From positions 544,798 through 608,797 of the forward strand of contig CATLPD010000001.1 of NCBI GenBank assembly GCA_950054485.1: a stretch of DNA of 64,000 bases, given 5' to 3'. Positions 7,867 through 18,147 of this stretch are shown here, in pieces. Position 1 is the stretch's first letter, and every line of letters starts with the position of its first letter. Source of the DNA: an uncultured Alphaproteobacteria bacterium (GTDB lineage: Bacteria; Pseudomonadota; Alphaproteobacteria; Micavibrionales; CSBR16-224). The translations under genes and the position numbers were made by a program. Below the pieces are notes generated by a model. The model had not been told where the DNA came from. It did no database searches and was given only the letters and a program-made list of their open reading frames with translations.

Positions 7867-9150
7867 GTGTTGAAACTTATGAAACCCGCTTTGATTTTAT
7901 CCGCCGTTCTGGCCGCAGGCCTGACAGCCGTAGCCCCCGCGAACGCAGCGTTTGAGGAGCGTCCATCCCTGATTATCAGCAGCGAGGCCACAGGGCCGGA
8001 GGTTATCTATAACCACGGATCAGCTGACGCCGCGCCGATGGCCTTGTCCCCGATGGCACCGATGTCTGTTTTACCGCCGCAAAATGCACAGCGCGGATAT
8101 GTCGAATCGAATGTTGCGCTGGGTAAGCCGTTCGAGCTGATCCGCAGTCATAAACCGACACCTGTTACCGCCAGAGTGGATACCATTGCCGCCGATCTTG
8201 CCGATTTGCAGGCGGATGTGACAACAAAGGAAAGCCGATTGTCGGCGCTGAACCGTAACAGTGAAGATATCGCGCGCGATTATTACGCGCTGGTCGCCGG
8301 CATGAGCGCCAAGCTGCAATCCGGTACAACACGTGGTAACCCTGATCTGGTCGAAAGTTGGGATGCGGCACAGAATGCTTTGAATGCGCTGGGCGAAACA
8401 TCATCCGATCTGGCAAAGCTGGGCAACGAAATTACCGAAGACGCATCGCGTTCTGCGATGATGTCAGATACCATTCAGGGGACATTCGCCCTGTCAGGTG
8501 CGCGTGACGAAGATCACGAAAATCTGATCATTCTGGAAGATCGCGCCAATGAAACGCTGGCCCGCCTTGATCGTCTGGTCAGCAATGTGAATGACGAAAT
8601 TAACCGCAGAACAGCGTACCTGAGGTCCGAGCGTTTGAACATGCAGACCCTGTCGCTGGCGATTGAAAATGGCGATTTATATGGTGGAAACATCAGAAAC
8701 CGCATGTTTAAAACGGCAGAGATGGCATCTGCCGCATCACCAATGGCCCCGATCGGCATGAGCGCGCCGTCTTATACGTCAGCGCCCCTGAGTGCGATGC
8801 CGCCGGCCTATTCACAACCTGCCAGCCTGTCGCCGATGGCTATGCCCGGACGCCGCCCGCTGGTGATTATCCGCTTTGACAAGCCGAACCTGCAGTACGA
8901 AAACGCATTATATGGTGCGGTAAATCAGGCGCTGGATAAACGCCCGAACGTGATGTTTGATCTGGTGACAGTCAGCCCGGCCAGCGGTAACAGCGCCGAA
9001 GTTGCATTGAATGCCAATTCAGCCCGCCGTCACGGCGAAGACGTATTGCGCGCCCTGACACAGATGGGTGTGCCGATGGACCGCATTAACCTTAGCAGCG
9101 CGAACAGTGCATCCGCACGTTTCAGCGAGGTTCACCTTTACATCCGATAA
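7867..9150 (+). CDS. Secreted coiled-coil protein with Ala/Pro/Met-rich SPMAPM-type segments; function unknown
   Basis: GTG at 7867 follows aagagg; 7849 (TTG) and 7879 (ATG) are alternatives. Signal peptide ends APANA. The C-terminal ~90 aa is weakly OmpA-C-like. Confidence 0.6.
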   Translation: MLKLMKPALILSAVLAAGLTAVAPANAAFEERPSLIISSEATGPEVIYNHGSADAAPMALSPMAPMSVLPPQNAQRGYVESNVALGKPFELIRSHKPTPVTARVDTIAADLADLQADVTTKESRLSALNRNSEDIARDYYALVAGMSAKLQSGTTRGNPDLVESWDAAQNALNALGETSSDLAKLGNEITEDASRSAMMSDTIQGTFALSGARDEDHENLIILEDRANETLARLDRLVSNVNDEINRRTAYLRSERLNMQTLSLAIENGDLYGGNIRNRMFKTAEMASAASPMAPIGMSAPSYTSAPLSAMPPAYSQPASLSPMAMPGRRPLVIIRFDKPNLQYENALYGAVNQALDKRPNVMFDLVTVSPASGNSAEVALNANSARRHGEDVLRALTQMGVPMDRINLSSANSASARFSEVHLYIR

Positions 9151-9165
9151 CAGGAATTCCCCGAA

Positions 9166-10443
9166 ATGGAATCGCATATACATGACCTGACCCCGATCGC
9201 GATTGTCATGATGGTCGCGCTTGTCAGTGGTTTGGCGCTGATGCGTCTGCGCCAGCCTGCGATTGTCGGCTATATTTTTGCAGGTATTCTTTTGGGGCCG
9301 ACAGGTTTCGGCCTGATCGAAAATACGGAGACCGTCAGCCTTTTGGCTGAACTGGGCGTGATCATGCTGTTATTTCTGATCGGGATGGAGCTGTCGCTCA
9401 GGGGGTTTAAAACCATATATAAAATTGCGGTGACGACGGCGGGGCTGCAGATTGCTTTCTCGCTGGTGGTGTTTTTCGTACTGGGTGCTTTGTTTGACTG
9501 GTCGCTAGGTAAAATTCTTGTCTTCGGCTTCGCGCTATCACTGTCCAGCACGGCGGTTGCGATTAAAATTCTGGAGGAAACGGGCGATCTGCGTAATCAG
9601 GTCGGGCGCACATCTGTCGGTATTCTGATCGCGCAGGATCTGGCGGTCATCCCGATGCTGTTGATCATCGGCGCGATGGGCGCCGCGCAGGAGGAATTCG
9701 ATTATATGGTGATCGGCAAATTGCTGGTCGCGGTCGGGTTTTTGATTTGGCTGACCTGGTTTTTCAGCCGCCGTGATCACGTAAAATTACCATTTTCTGA
9801 AAGTCTTTCCGGCCGTATGGATATTCTGCCGCTGGCAGGCCTTGCCGTCTGTTTTACCTTTGCCGCTTTGTCAGGCCTGTTCGGGTTATCGACGGCCTAT
9901 GGCGCTTTTATTGCGGGGCTTGTGATTGGAAACTCGAACATGCGCGCTGCAATGCACGAGGCAACCATGCCGGTGCAATCGGTTTTGCTGATGATTTTCT
10001 TTTTGTCGATCGGTCTTTTGATTGATCTGGGATTCTTGTTCACAAACCTGCATCTGGTTTTGCCGGTTTTATTCATGGTGACATTCGGCAAGACCGCTGT
10101 GAATATTCTGATATTGCGCATGCAGGGCGAGCCGTGGGATCGCGCGTTTCAAACAGGCGTTGTGCTGGGGCAGGTTGGTGAGTTTTCATTCATTCTGGTT
10201 GCGGTTGCCCTGTCGGGCGGGATCGTATTCGAGGCCGGATATCGTCTGATGATCACCGTTATCGCGCTGTCATTGATGATCAGCCCGCTGTGGCTGTCTG
10301 TTGCACGCCGCATTCACGATCAGGCCGCCAAGGGCCTTACCAGCCTTAAAGATATGATGGAGACAACCGTTCCCGGTACTAAACTGCACGATAAAATTGA
10401 AAGTCTGAAAAAGGAAAAGACGGATCAAAGCGAAGAAGAATAA
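9166..10443 (+). CDS. Cation:proton antiporter (CPA2/Kef-type membrane domain)
   Basis: About 12 TM helices. The motifs PAIVGYIFAGILLGPTGFGLI and LFLIGMELS are typical of Na_H_Exchanger family proteins. Confidence 0.85.
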   Translation: MESHIHDLTPIAIVMMVALVSGLALMRLRQPAIVGYIFAGILLGPTGFGLIENTETVSLLAELGVIMLLFLIGMELSLRGFKTIYKIAVTTAGLQIAFSLVVFFVLGALFDWSLGKILVFGFALSLSSTAVAIKILEETGDLRNQVGRTSVGILIAQDLAVIPMLLIIGAMGAAQEEFDYMVIGKLLVAVGFLIWLTWFFSRRDHVKLPFSESLSGRMDILPLAGLAVCFTFAALSGLFGLSTAYGAFIAGLVIGNSNMRAAMHEATMPVQSVLLMIFFLSIGLLIDLGFLFTNLHLVLPVLFMVTFGKTAVNILILRMQGEPWDRAFQTGVVLGQVGEFSFILVAVALSGGIVFEAGYRLMITVIALSLMISPLWLSVARRIHDQAAKGLTSLKDMMETTVPGTKLHDKIESLKKEKTDQSEEE

Positions 10444-13400
10444 TGCGATCTGATTTTTAGCTTACTTTTAATTTTTGTTTTAAAGTTTTTCAGGTCTTCT
10501 TTGAATTTCAATGCAGTCGGTGTCACGATCAGCGTCAGCGGCGTTGAGAATAATAACCCGAACATAATCGCAGTCGATAGGGCCACCCACCATTGGGTTG
10601 ACGGCGCGCCATAGGCGATTTCACGGCTGAAGAAATTAATATTCAGTTGCAAAACCATAGGTAAAACGCCAAGGCCTGTCGTGATGGTCGTCAGCAAAAC
10701 AGGGCGTAAACGCTGGGCGCCTGTTAAAAGGGCGGCATCATAACGTGAAATGTCCTTTTCCTTGCGGTGGACATCATAGGTATCAATCAAGACGATATTG
10801 TTATTAACGATAATTCCCGCAAGGGAAATAACGCCAATCCCCGACATGACGATGTTAAAGGGCTGGCCCGTAATCAAAAGGCCCAACATTACACCGATAG
10901 TGGACATGACAACGGCGGTCAAGATTAGAAAGGCACTGTAGAAACTGTTGAACTGGGTCACCAGAATAATCGCCATCAGGAACAGGGCAACGACAAAGGC
11001 CTTCATCAGAAATTCCTGCGCCTCACGCTGGTCTTCGTCCTCGCCTTTGAATTCGAAATTCAGGCGCGGGTCCCATTCCTGTGTTTTGGCCCACTCCTGC
11101 AGTTTCTGAATTTGTGCGGTCGGGTTCGCATTTTCGGCGACGTCCGCTTTGATTTCCAGCATGCGCATCGATGCGGCGCGTTCGATTGTGGTGACGCTTT
11201 GTTTAGGTGTACGTGTCACAAAATTTGTAATCGGAACAGACCCGTCAGCGGTTTCAACGCGGATTTGGTCTAGCCCCTCGAGCGATCTGTTCTCCAGCGG
11301 ATAACGGATAATGACATCAATTTCATCGTCCGCATCATGGGGGCGGTATTCGCTGACCTTCAGGCCATTCGTTGCAAGACGAATTGTCTGGCCGATCGTT
11401 GCAATATCAAGGCCGAATTTCGCGGCCTGCGCGCGGTCGACATCCAATTGCCATTCAATACCCGGGATGGGGCGGGAATCCTCGACATTGGTAAAGCCGC
11501 CAATTTCCTGCATCGCGGATCGTACACGTTCAATAGCGGGTGCAATCAATGATGGCTCGTTTGAACGAATTTGCAGGTCGATCGGTTTGCCTTGTGCGGG
11601 GCCTTCTTCGGCTTTTTGCACTTCGACAATCAGACCGGCCAGATCCGCTGTGCGGTCTTCGACGGTGTGGATAATATCCGTAGCGGATGGGCGCGTGTCC
11701 CATTCCGTGAATTCCAGCTGGATTTGCCCAATGACGTCAGCGGCCAGATCATCTCCCTGTCCGGCGCTGCCGGTGCGCGAATACATGATTTTAATGCCGT
11801 CGATATCCTGAATGCGCGATTCCACACGGCGCACTAATTCGTCTTGCTCCAATATCGACATATTGCCGCGGGCATGCACCAGAACACTTGCGAATTTGGG
11901 TTCGATTTCAGGAAAGAAAATAACACCGTGATTGAATTTACCGAAAAAGATTACAACAGAAACCAGAATGGCAAAAGCAATCAAAAGGGTTTTTCCCGCA
12001 TGGTTCAGCGCTGTTTTCAGGACCCCTGCATAAAGACGTGTAAAGCCTGAAAGGTCATCGACATCTTCCATGTCATTTATCTTGTGCATTTTCTCGCCCG
12101 CTTTGCGGCGGCGGGATAACAGGGCCCCCAAGGTCGGCACGAAAATCAATGCCATGAAAAGGGATGAAATCAGAACCGACATTAAGGTGATCGGCAGATA
12201 AACCATGAATTCGCCGACCATCCCTGGCCAGAATAGCAATGGCGCGAAAGCAGCAAGCGTCGTCATGGCAGACGAGATAATCGGCCAGGCCATACGTTTT
12301 GAAGCCTGCAGGTAGGCGGTTTTTGTCGGCAACCCTTCGGAGAGTTTACGGTCGGCATATTCGGTGACAACGATCGCGCCATCGACCAGAAGTCCGACCG
12401 ATAAGATTAAACCGAATAAAACGACGTTATTAATCGTTAGGCCAGCGAGATATAAAACCATGATCCCGCATAAAAAGGCGCCCGGCACCGCAACACCGAT
12501 CAGGGCGGCGGATGTGACACCCAATACCGCCAGACAGACGATCATGACCAGCAGAATGGCGCTGATCAGGTTATTTTGCAGATCAAGCAGCTGGGTTTTA
12601 ATGTCTTCGGAGGCATCCTGCGAGAATGTGACATTCACGCCAGCGGGGAATTGTTTCTGCGCCTCGGCCACAATCGCTTTGACCGCATCAACGGTATCAA
12701 TAACGTTTTCACCTGTGCGTTTAACGATTTCAAGGGCAACGGACGGCTGACCATTCAGGCGCGCAAAAGAGGTCGGGTCTTTGAAATTGCGGCGGATATT
12801 CGTCAGATCGCTGGTGCGGACAACGGAATCACCCGATACGCGAAGGGGCATGGATTGAATATCATTTAAAGATTCAAACAGGCCCGGTACCTTGATCGGA
12901 AAACGCCCCGCGCCCGTATCAAGCGTACCTGCCGCAACCAATTGATCGGACCGTTGAAAAAAACCGACAATATCGGTGCCGTTCAGCCCATAGCTTTCAA
13001 CTGCGCGCGGATCAACGACGATTTCAACCTGCTCTTCGCGGCCACCTGCGACGCGGGCCTCGAGAACGGCGGTTAGTTTTTCAACCTCGTCCCGTAATCT
13101 TTTACCAACGGTAATCAATGTGCGTTCGGGCACGTCCCCTGACAGGGTGATGACCAGAACAGGAAACAGGCTGAAGTTGACCTCGTTCACTGACGGTTCG
13201 TCCGTTTCCAGCGGCAATTCAGGTTTAACCTTGTCTACGGCCTCGCGCACATCATCAATGGCTTTGTCGGCATCAAAGCCTGCGGTGAATTCAAGGGTGA
13301 CATTCGCGCCGCCCTGATAGCCTGTTGCGGTCATCTCCTTGACGCCTTCGATGGTGGCCAGTTCCTGTTCCATCGGGCGGATCAAAAGGCGCTCGGCATC

Positions 13401-13574
13401 ATCGGGGGAAATCCCTTCATGGTGCATCGAGACATAAATGATCGGAATGTTAATGTCAGGCGCGGCTTCTTTGGGGATCGAGATATAAGCCGTTATCCCC
13501 GCAATAAATAAAAGCGCAAGTGTCAGAAGGACCGTGCGGCTGTGATCGAGTGCCGCCTGAATAATCCCATTCAC
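10425..13574 (-). CDS. RND efflux transporter permease (AcrB/HAE1-like)
   Basis: 1049 aa with 12-TM RND architecture and two large periplasmic loops. It overlaps the upstream adaptor gene by 4 nt. Confidence 0.92.
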   Translation of the reverse strand: MNGIIQAALDHSRTVLLTLALLFIAGITAYISIPKEAAPDINIPIIYVSMHHEGISPDDAERLLIRPMEQELATIEGVKEMTATGYQGGANVTLEFTAGFDADKAIDDVREAVDKVKPELPLETDEPSVNEVNFSLFPVLVITLSGDVPERTLITVGKRLRDEVEKLTAVLEARVAGGREEQVEIVVDPRAVESYGLNGTDIVGFFQRSDQLVAAGTLDTGAGRFPIKVPGLFESLNDIQSMPLRVSGDSVVRTSDLTNIRRNFKDPTSFARLNGQPSVALEIVKRTGENVIDTVDAVKAIVAEAQKQFPAGVNVTFSQDASEDIKTQLLDLQNNLISAILLVMIVCLAVLGVTSAALIGVAVPGAFLCGIMVLYLAGLTINNVVLFGLILSVGLLVDGAIVVTEYADRKLSEGLPTKTAYLQASKRMAWPIISSAMTTLAAFAPLLFWPGMVGEFMVYLPITLMSVLISSLFMALIFVPTLGALLSRRRKAGEKMHKINDMEDVDDLSGFTRLYAGVLKTALNHAGKTLLIAFAILVSVVIFFGKFNHGVIFFPEIEPKFASVLVHARGNMSILEQDELVRRVESRIQDIDGIKIMYSRTGSAGQGDDLAADVIGQIQLEFTEWDTRPSATDIIHTVEDRTADLAGLIVEVQKAEEGPAQGKPIDLQIRSNEPSLIAPAIERVRSAMQEIGGFTNVEDSRPIPGIEWQLDVDRAQAAKFGLDIATIGQTIRLATNGLKVSEYRPHDADDEIDVIIRYPLENRSLEGLDQIRVETADGSVPITNFVTRTPKQSVTTIERAASMRMLEIKADVAENANPTAQIQKLQEWAKTQEWDPRLNFEFKGEDEDQREAQEFLMKAFVVALFLMAIILVTQFNSFYSAFLILTAVVMSTIGVMLGLLITGQPFNIVMSGIGVISLAGIIVNNNIVLIDTYDVHRKEKDISRYDAALLTGAQRLRPVLLTTITTGLGVLPMVLQLNINFFSREIAYGAPSTQWWVALSTAIMFGLLFSTPLTLIVTPTALKFKEDLKNFKTKIKSKLKIRSHYSSSL

Positions 13575-14761
13575 GGCATATCCCCGCTTTGGTCATTTTC
13601 AAATTCAACAGCAGGTGCATCGGGGTCTATATCATTGGGTACGGGCGCGCCCATTTCTTTATCGGCCGCATCCATTGCTGTGCGCTCGCGCGTTTCAACG
13701 GATTGCCCGACACTGACAAAATCCTGACCTGTGATAATCAATTGCACGGGATCGGGCAGGCCGGTCACCCATATGGCATCAGGATCACTGGTTGTGATAT
13801 TGACAGGCATAAACATAACCTGATTATCAACGGCATATTTAACGCCGACCTCGCCGTTTGTGCCAAGTGTCAGAATGGCGGGTGATATGCGGTGGGCCAA
13901 TTGTTCCGCGCCTTGCAGATGCATTTCGGCGGTTAAGCCATCGGCGATTTCAAGATCGGGGTTATCGACGGTGACTTCGACACGAAAGGTGCGCGTCGCA
14001 TCATCTGCGGTGCGGGAAATAAAATGAACGCGGCCAGCATAATTATTGCCGTTTGGCAAGGTGACCTCGGCATCTTGTCCGATTTTTACGCTGTCGATGC
14101 GCTGTTCGGCGACAAAGCCGACAACTTTCATCGGATCGAGATCCAGAAACAAACCGATCTGATCGCCTGTTTGAACATAGTCGCCATCTTCGACGGTGCG
14201 GCGATCCAGAACGCCGTCAAAAGGGGCGCGGACCTTGGTGTTATTCAAGTCAATGCGCGCGCGGGCCAATGATGCCTTAGCGGATTCCAGTTCGGCCTTT
14301 TTGGTTGCGACCTGAACGTTGGTTGAAAATCCACGTTCCAGAAGGCTTTGTGCGGTTTTATATTCGATTTCAAATTGTTTAACGCGGTTTTCAGCGCTGC
14401 GCACAGCAGCGGCGCGGTCATCGACATTGATACTGACGATGGGATCACCCTGTTTTAAAACGGCGCCGTTTTCAGAAAGGATTTCATCAACCTGTCCTGA
14501 TATTTCAGCGCTGATGCGTGATGTTCTAAAGGCTTCGGTGCGGCCATTCACACGGACCATGCGCGGGCGGCTTTGGGCAGAAACGGTTTCGATTTCAACG
14601 GTTTGGACGCTATCGAGCGATTTGGATGCTGCGGGCGCGCTTTCGGTAGTCTCTGAATTATCCTGCGCGCCGCCGAACTGGCCGGATGCCATCCAGATCA
14701 CAGCCAGAACCGCAATAACGGCGGCAATGATTTTTGATCGTGTTGCGTTTGGTTGGCTCAT
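13571..14761 (-). CDS. RND efflux periplasmic adaptor (membrane fusion protein)
   Basis: N-terminal anchor, a coiled-coil hairpin (KAELESAKASLARARIDLNNTKVRAPFDGV) and a beta-barrel region. It is translationally coupled to the RND pump. Confidence 0.9.
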   Translation of the reverse strand: MSQPNATRSKIIAAVIAVLAVIWMASGQFGGAQDNSETTESAPAASKSLDSVQTVEIETVSAQSRPRMVRVNGRTEAFRTSRISAEISGQVDEILSENGAVLKQGDPIVSINVDDRAAAVRSAENRVKQFEIEYKTAQSLLERGFSTNVQVATKKAELESAKASLARARIDLNNTKVRAPFDGVLDRRTVEDGDYVQTGDQIGLFLDLDPMKVVGFVAEQRIDSVKIGQDAEVTLPNGNNYAGRVHFISRTADDATRTFRVEVTVDNPDLEIADGLTAEMHLQGAEQLAHRISPAILTLGTNGEVGVKYAVDNQVMFMPVNITTSDPDAIWVTGLPDPVQLIITGQDFVSVGQSVETRERTAMDAADKEMGAPVPNDIDPDAPAVEFENDQSGDMP

Positions 14762-15507
14762 ACATAGTCCTCGCCGACAGAAGATTTAATGACCTTGCGT
14801 TTGACTTCTTCAACCTCGCCAGACGGCAGGTTGCCCAATTGAAACGGGCCATAGGATACACGGATCAAACGGGTGACTTGCAAATTCAAGGCCTCCATCA
14901 CTTTACGGATTTCGCGGTTTTTACCCTCGGTCAGGGTGATGGACAGCCACGTATTTGAGCCCGTGTCATTTTCAATTTTCGCATCAATCGAACGATATGT
15001 CACGCCCTCATATGTCAGGCCCTTTTTCAAATTTTTCAGCGCTGTTTCATCAATATCGCCATGAACGCGTACGCGGTAACGGCGTTTCCACGCGGTGTCA
15101 GGATGTTCCAGATGGCGTGACAGCTCGCCGTTATTTGTCAGTAAAAGCAAACCCTCGGTATTTAGATCCAGACGACCGATACTGATGACGCGCGGCATGC
15201 CGTCAAGCATGGCATCAAAAACGGTTTTACGGCCTTTTTCGTCGGCATGACTCGTTACAAGGCCGACGGGTTTGTGATAGCGCCACAAACGTGTTTCGGG
15301 TTTATCGGGAATCGGTTTGCCGTCAATCAGAATCACATCGTCCGGCCCGACATTCAGGGCAGGAGATTTTAATTTCACGCCATTGACTTTGACGCGCCCG
15401 GCTTCGATCCAGCGCTCTGCATCACGGCGCGAGCATAGCCCCGCACGTGCCATGCGTTTTGAAATGCGTTCGCTATCTTGCGGGGTTGTATTATCAGTGC
15501 TTGTCAT
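14758..15507 (-). CDS. Pseudouridine synthase, RsuA/RluB family (S4 domain plus catalytic domain)
   Basis: The S4 region is RISKRMARAGLCSRRDAERWI. The catalytic motif is GRLDLNTEGLLLLTN. ATG at 15507 is preferred over GTG at 15534. Confidence 0.88.
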   Translation of the reverse strand: MTSTDNTTPQDSERISKRMARAGLCSRRDAERWIEAGRVKVNGVKLKSPALNVGPDDVILIDGKPIPDKPETRLWRYHKPVGLVTSHADEKGRKTVFDAMLDGMPRVISIGRLDLNTEGLLLLTNNGELSRHLEHPDTAWKRRYRVRVHGDIDETALKNLKKGLTYEGVTYRSIDAKIENDTGSNTWLSITLTEGKNREIRKVMEALNLQVTRLIRVSYGPFQLGNLPSGEVEEVKRKVIKSSVGEDYV

Positions 15508-15535
15508 TTGGCGGGTTATTCCTTTAAATATCACT

Positions 15536-15982
15536 ATGACAGATTATATGTTACAGGCCTTAACTAAAGCTAAAGACGCGGCAAGGCAAGGGGAAGTTCC
15601 CGTTGGGGCGGTTATTGTTGACCGCGTAAGCGGGGAGGTGATTGCAGCGGCTGCCAACAGATGCGAGCAAGACCATGACCCCAGCGCCCATGCCGAAATT
15701 GTCGTGATCCGCGCCGCCTGCAAAGCCAAAGGCGATGTGCGTCTGTTTGATTGTGATATGTATGTAACCCTTGAGCCCTGTGCGATGTGTGCAGCGGCGA
15801 TATCATTTGCCCGTATTAAAAATCTTTATTTCGGGGCGTACGACCCGAAAGGCGGCGGGGTCGAACACGGCGCGCAATTTTATAATCAGTCCACATGCCA
15901 TCATGCGCCCGATGTGTATGGCGGCATTAACGAGCAGGAGTGCGGCGACCTGTTGCGTGAATTTTTTCAAAAGTTGCGATAA
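15536..15982 (+). CDS. tadA: tRNA adenosine(34) deaminase
   Basis: The HAE and PCAMC zinc-binding motifs are in a ~148-aa CMP/dCMP deaminase fold. ATG at 15536; the upstream part of the track ORF is antisense to the neighbouring gene. Confidence 0.9.
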   Translation: MTDYMLQALTKAKDAARQGEVPVGAVIVDRVSGEVIAAAANRCEQDHDPSAHAEIVVIRAACKAKGDVRLFDCDMYVTLEPCAMCAAAISFARIKNLYFGAYDPKGGGVEHGAQFYNQSTCHHAPDVYGGINEQECGDLLREFFQKLR

Positions 15983-15984
15983 AG

Positions 15985-16017
15985 AAAAAACCGCCAATCT
16001 TCTGACTGGCGGTTTTT
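15985..16017. terminator. Bidirectional rho-independent terminator between convergent genes
   Basis: aaaaaaccgcca...tggcggttttt: a GC-rich stem flanked by an A-run and a T-run. Confidence 0.7.
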
Positions 16018-16044
16018 CTGTGTGGCTTCAATCTAGTCTTTTAT

Positions 16045-16485
16045 TTAATTCAAAGTGCGAGCTGTCACAGCGCGGGCGAAATCACGGGCCGATACGATGG
16101 TGCGTGCATCCTTTACGTTGTCAGCAACCTGTAATGCGCCTGTACGCAGCATTTCTGTATTTACCGGGCCCATGTCCAGGCCGCGTTTGCATAGCTGTTC
16201 GAAATATCCGCGGGCGATATTCGCCATTTCACGGTCACCGGTCAGGTAGATATCCATGATCTGGCAGGCCAGATAATTGGCGTTAATGCTGCCGGGGCTG
16301 ACGCCCTGATCCAAAAGGCTGAAAAGTTCAACGGCTGTTTCGCGCGCGGCTGTCGGGCGGGAAACTGATAATTCCGTCATAATTTTACCGGCCAGCACAT
16401 CGGCGATCATCGCATATGTTTCATTTGGCACAATGCTGTTATATTCGCGGCGGCCTGTCGGGGTATGTTGCTTTACGACTTTCAT
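16045..16485 (-). CDS. Hypothetical cytoplasmic protein
   Basis: Clean 146-aa ORF with backbone-like composition. No recognisable motif. Confidence 0.5.
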   Translation of the reverse strand: MKVVKQHTPTGRREYNSIVPNETYAMIADVLAGKIMTELSVSRPTAARETAVELFSLLDQGVSPGSINANYLACQIMDIYLTGDREMANIARGYFEQLCKRGLDMGPVNTEMLRTGALQVADNVKDARTIVSARDFARAVTARTLN

Positions 16486-16659
16486 TTCAAAAAACCTTAT
16501 ACTTATAACTCAATCCACTATTATGTTTACATAATTTTAAGAATTTGTCAAGAAATTGTTAACTATTGTTTAGAATCAATGGCTTATTTTTTTACCTGCT
16601 CGGCAAAAAAGTGATTCGTATTATAAACTTTTAAAATAGGGAATCGGTTCCCGCGCGGA

Positions 16660-17277
16660 TTAGCCGTTCGCGACGTTGCGGAATGGCAGGGTTTTTTCGC
16701 CTTCACCGTCATCATCGCCGTTTATACGATTGATGATATTATCCATGTCGAATGCAACCTCTTGCTGGGCTACGTTTGGCGCGGCGGGCTGTTGCAATGG
16801 GCTGACATTTGCAGATGGCTGAACCTGAACGGCCTGTTGCTGTGGTTCTTCAACGATGACGGGTTCTTCCTGTGGCAGTTCCAGACCTGTCATTTGACCT
16901 TCGATACGGGCGCCGGGATGTACTTCGATCACGCCATAAAAGATATCGCCTTTGATCTGGGCCGTCGGGCGCAAAACCAGACGGTTTTTAACCGTCAGCT
17001 GGCCTTCGAATATGCCGGAAATTTCAGCGTTCAAGACTTCAAGTGTACCGTCGAAACGGCCTGTTTCGGTGATTTCGATGTTTTGACCGTCTTTCAGGGT
17101 GGCTTTAACGATCCCTTCAACCAAAAGATCGGCGCAGTTCGAGATTTCACCGGAGATAACAACTTCGCGGCCGATAACCATCTGGCCGGCGTCTGAAAAG
17201 GCGCTTGAACCTGCAGATACTGGCTGTTCGTTTTGTGGCGTGTGGCCCGGAATGTCGTTGCGGTGTCTGAAGTCCAT
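16660..17277 (-). CDS. Bactofilin-family cytoskeletal protein with a Pro/Gln-rich tail
   Basis: Beta-helical repeats are VISGEISNCADLLVEGIVKATL...GTLEVLNAEISGIFEGQLTV...IKGDIFYGVIEVHPGARIEGQM. ATG at 17277 follows gaggga. Confidence 0.85.
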   Translation of the reverse strand: MDFRHRNDIPGHTPQNEQPVSAGSSAFSDAGQMVIGREVVISGEISNCADLLVEGIVKATLKDGQNIEITETGRFDGTLEVLNAEISGIFEGQLTVKNRLVLRPTAQIKGDIFYGVIEVHPGARIEGQMTGLELPQEEPVIVEEPQQQAVQVQPSANVSPLQQPAAPNVAQQEVAFDMDNIINRINGDDDGEGEKTLPFRNVANG

Positions 17278-17414
17278 TTTATGCTCCCTCAATCTCGGGT
17301 TGGTTAAACCCTGTTGTTATGTGAATATAGATTTATACGCTGATTCTGTATCCAGAGTCGAGCGAAATTTGCATGATTTCAGAATATTAGCTGACTGTGT
17401 TAAGACGGCTGGCG

Positions 17415-17972
17415 TCAAGAGCCCATCGGGTGGATCATCTTATTATAATAAAACCCCTTGATAAATTTGCCGTCTATGTATGCGTAATGCGGGTTTTCGC
17501 CCCAACGCTCGTATCCCAGAGACTCATAGATATCAATTGCGGTTTTTTGCGTTTCACGCACGTCAAGCTGCATCAGGGCATAGCCCTTTTCAACGGCAAG
17601 ATTTTCGGCTGTTTGCATCAGTTGCATACCGATATTGTGGCCGCGCGCCCAAGGGGCCACAAAGTTCGCCAATACATTGACGGCAAAGCTTTGCGCCTGA
17701 TTGTGACGTGAAGGCTCGGAAATCTGTACAGCGCCGCAAATAACGCCATCCATGCGTGCCACCATCAAATGACGTTCGGGCACCATCAAGACGCCATACC
17801 AATAACGTTCCAGCGTTTGGCGCGGCGGACATTTGATCCAGCCGAAACCGCCGCCAGCTTCGATTGTTGTTTCCGTGATTTCACACAGATCCGATAGATC
17901 ATTTTCTGATAGGCTTTCGATCATTTCGGTTGTGATAACCGGTTCGATTTTCTTTTTTGCCTGAATATTCAT
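17415..17972 (-). CDS. GNAT-family N-acetyltransferase
   Basis: The acetyl-CoA motif-A-like region is VAPWARGHNIGMQLMQTAENLAVEKGY. Confidence 0.8.
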   Translation of the reverse strand: MNIQAKKKIEPVITTEMIESLSENDLSDLCEITETTIEAGGGFGWIKCPPRQTLERYWYGVLMVPERHLMVARMDGVICGAVQISEPSRHNQAQSFAVNVLANFVAPWARGHNIGMQLMQTAENLAVEKGYALMQLDVRETQKTAIDIYESLGYERWGENPHYAYIDGKFIKGFYYNKMIHPMGS

Positions 17973-18147
17973 TTCAATACCCCTTTTGAAACGATGGTCC
18001 CCAATATTTTGTTATGTGTGGTTTACCTGTTAATTATAAAGAAAATGTTAAATTAAACAAGAAGTTCCATTTTTCTTGAATATTTTTACTGTTCGCCTCT
18101 TCATAAAGTTTATAGAATGTTAATAAAACTGGAGTAGGTTAAAGGGT

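Noticed and set aside
11311-11811. 166-aa plus-strand ORF and several other 60-130-aa ORFs between 11300 and 13400
   Set aside because: They are antisense shadow ORFs inside the well-supported 1049-aa RND transporter gene. They are Ala/Arg/Ser-rich, as expected for the reverse frame of GC-richer coding DNA.
15771-16259. 162-aa plus-strand ORF spanning the tadA 3' end and the next gene
   Set aside because: It crosses the bidirectional terminator at 15985-16017 and overlaps two better-supported genes in other frames.
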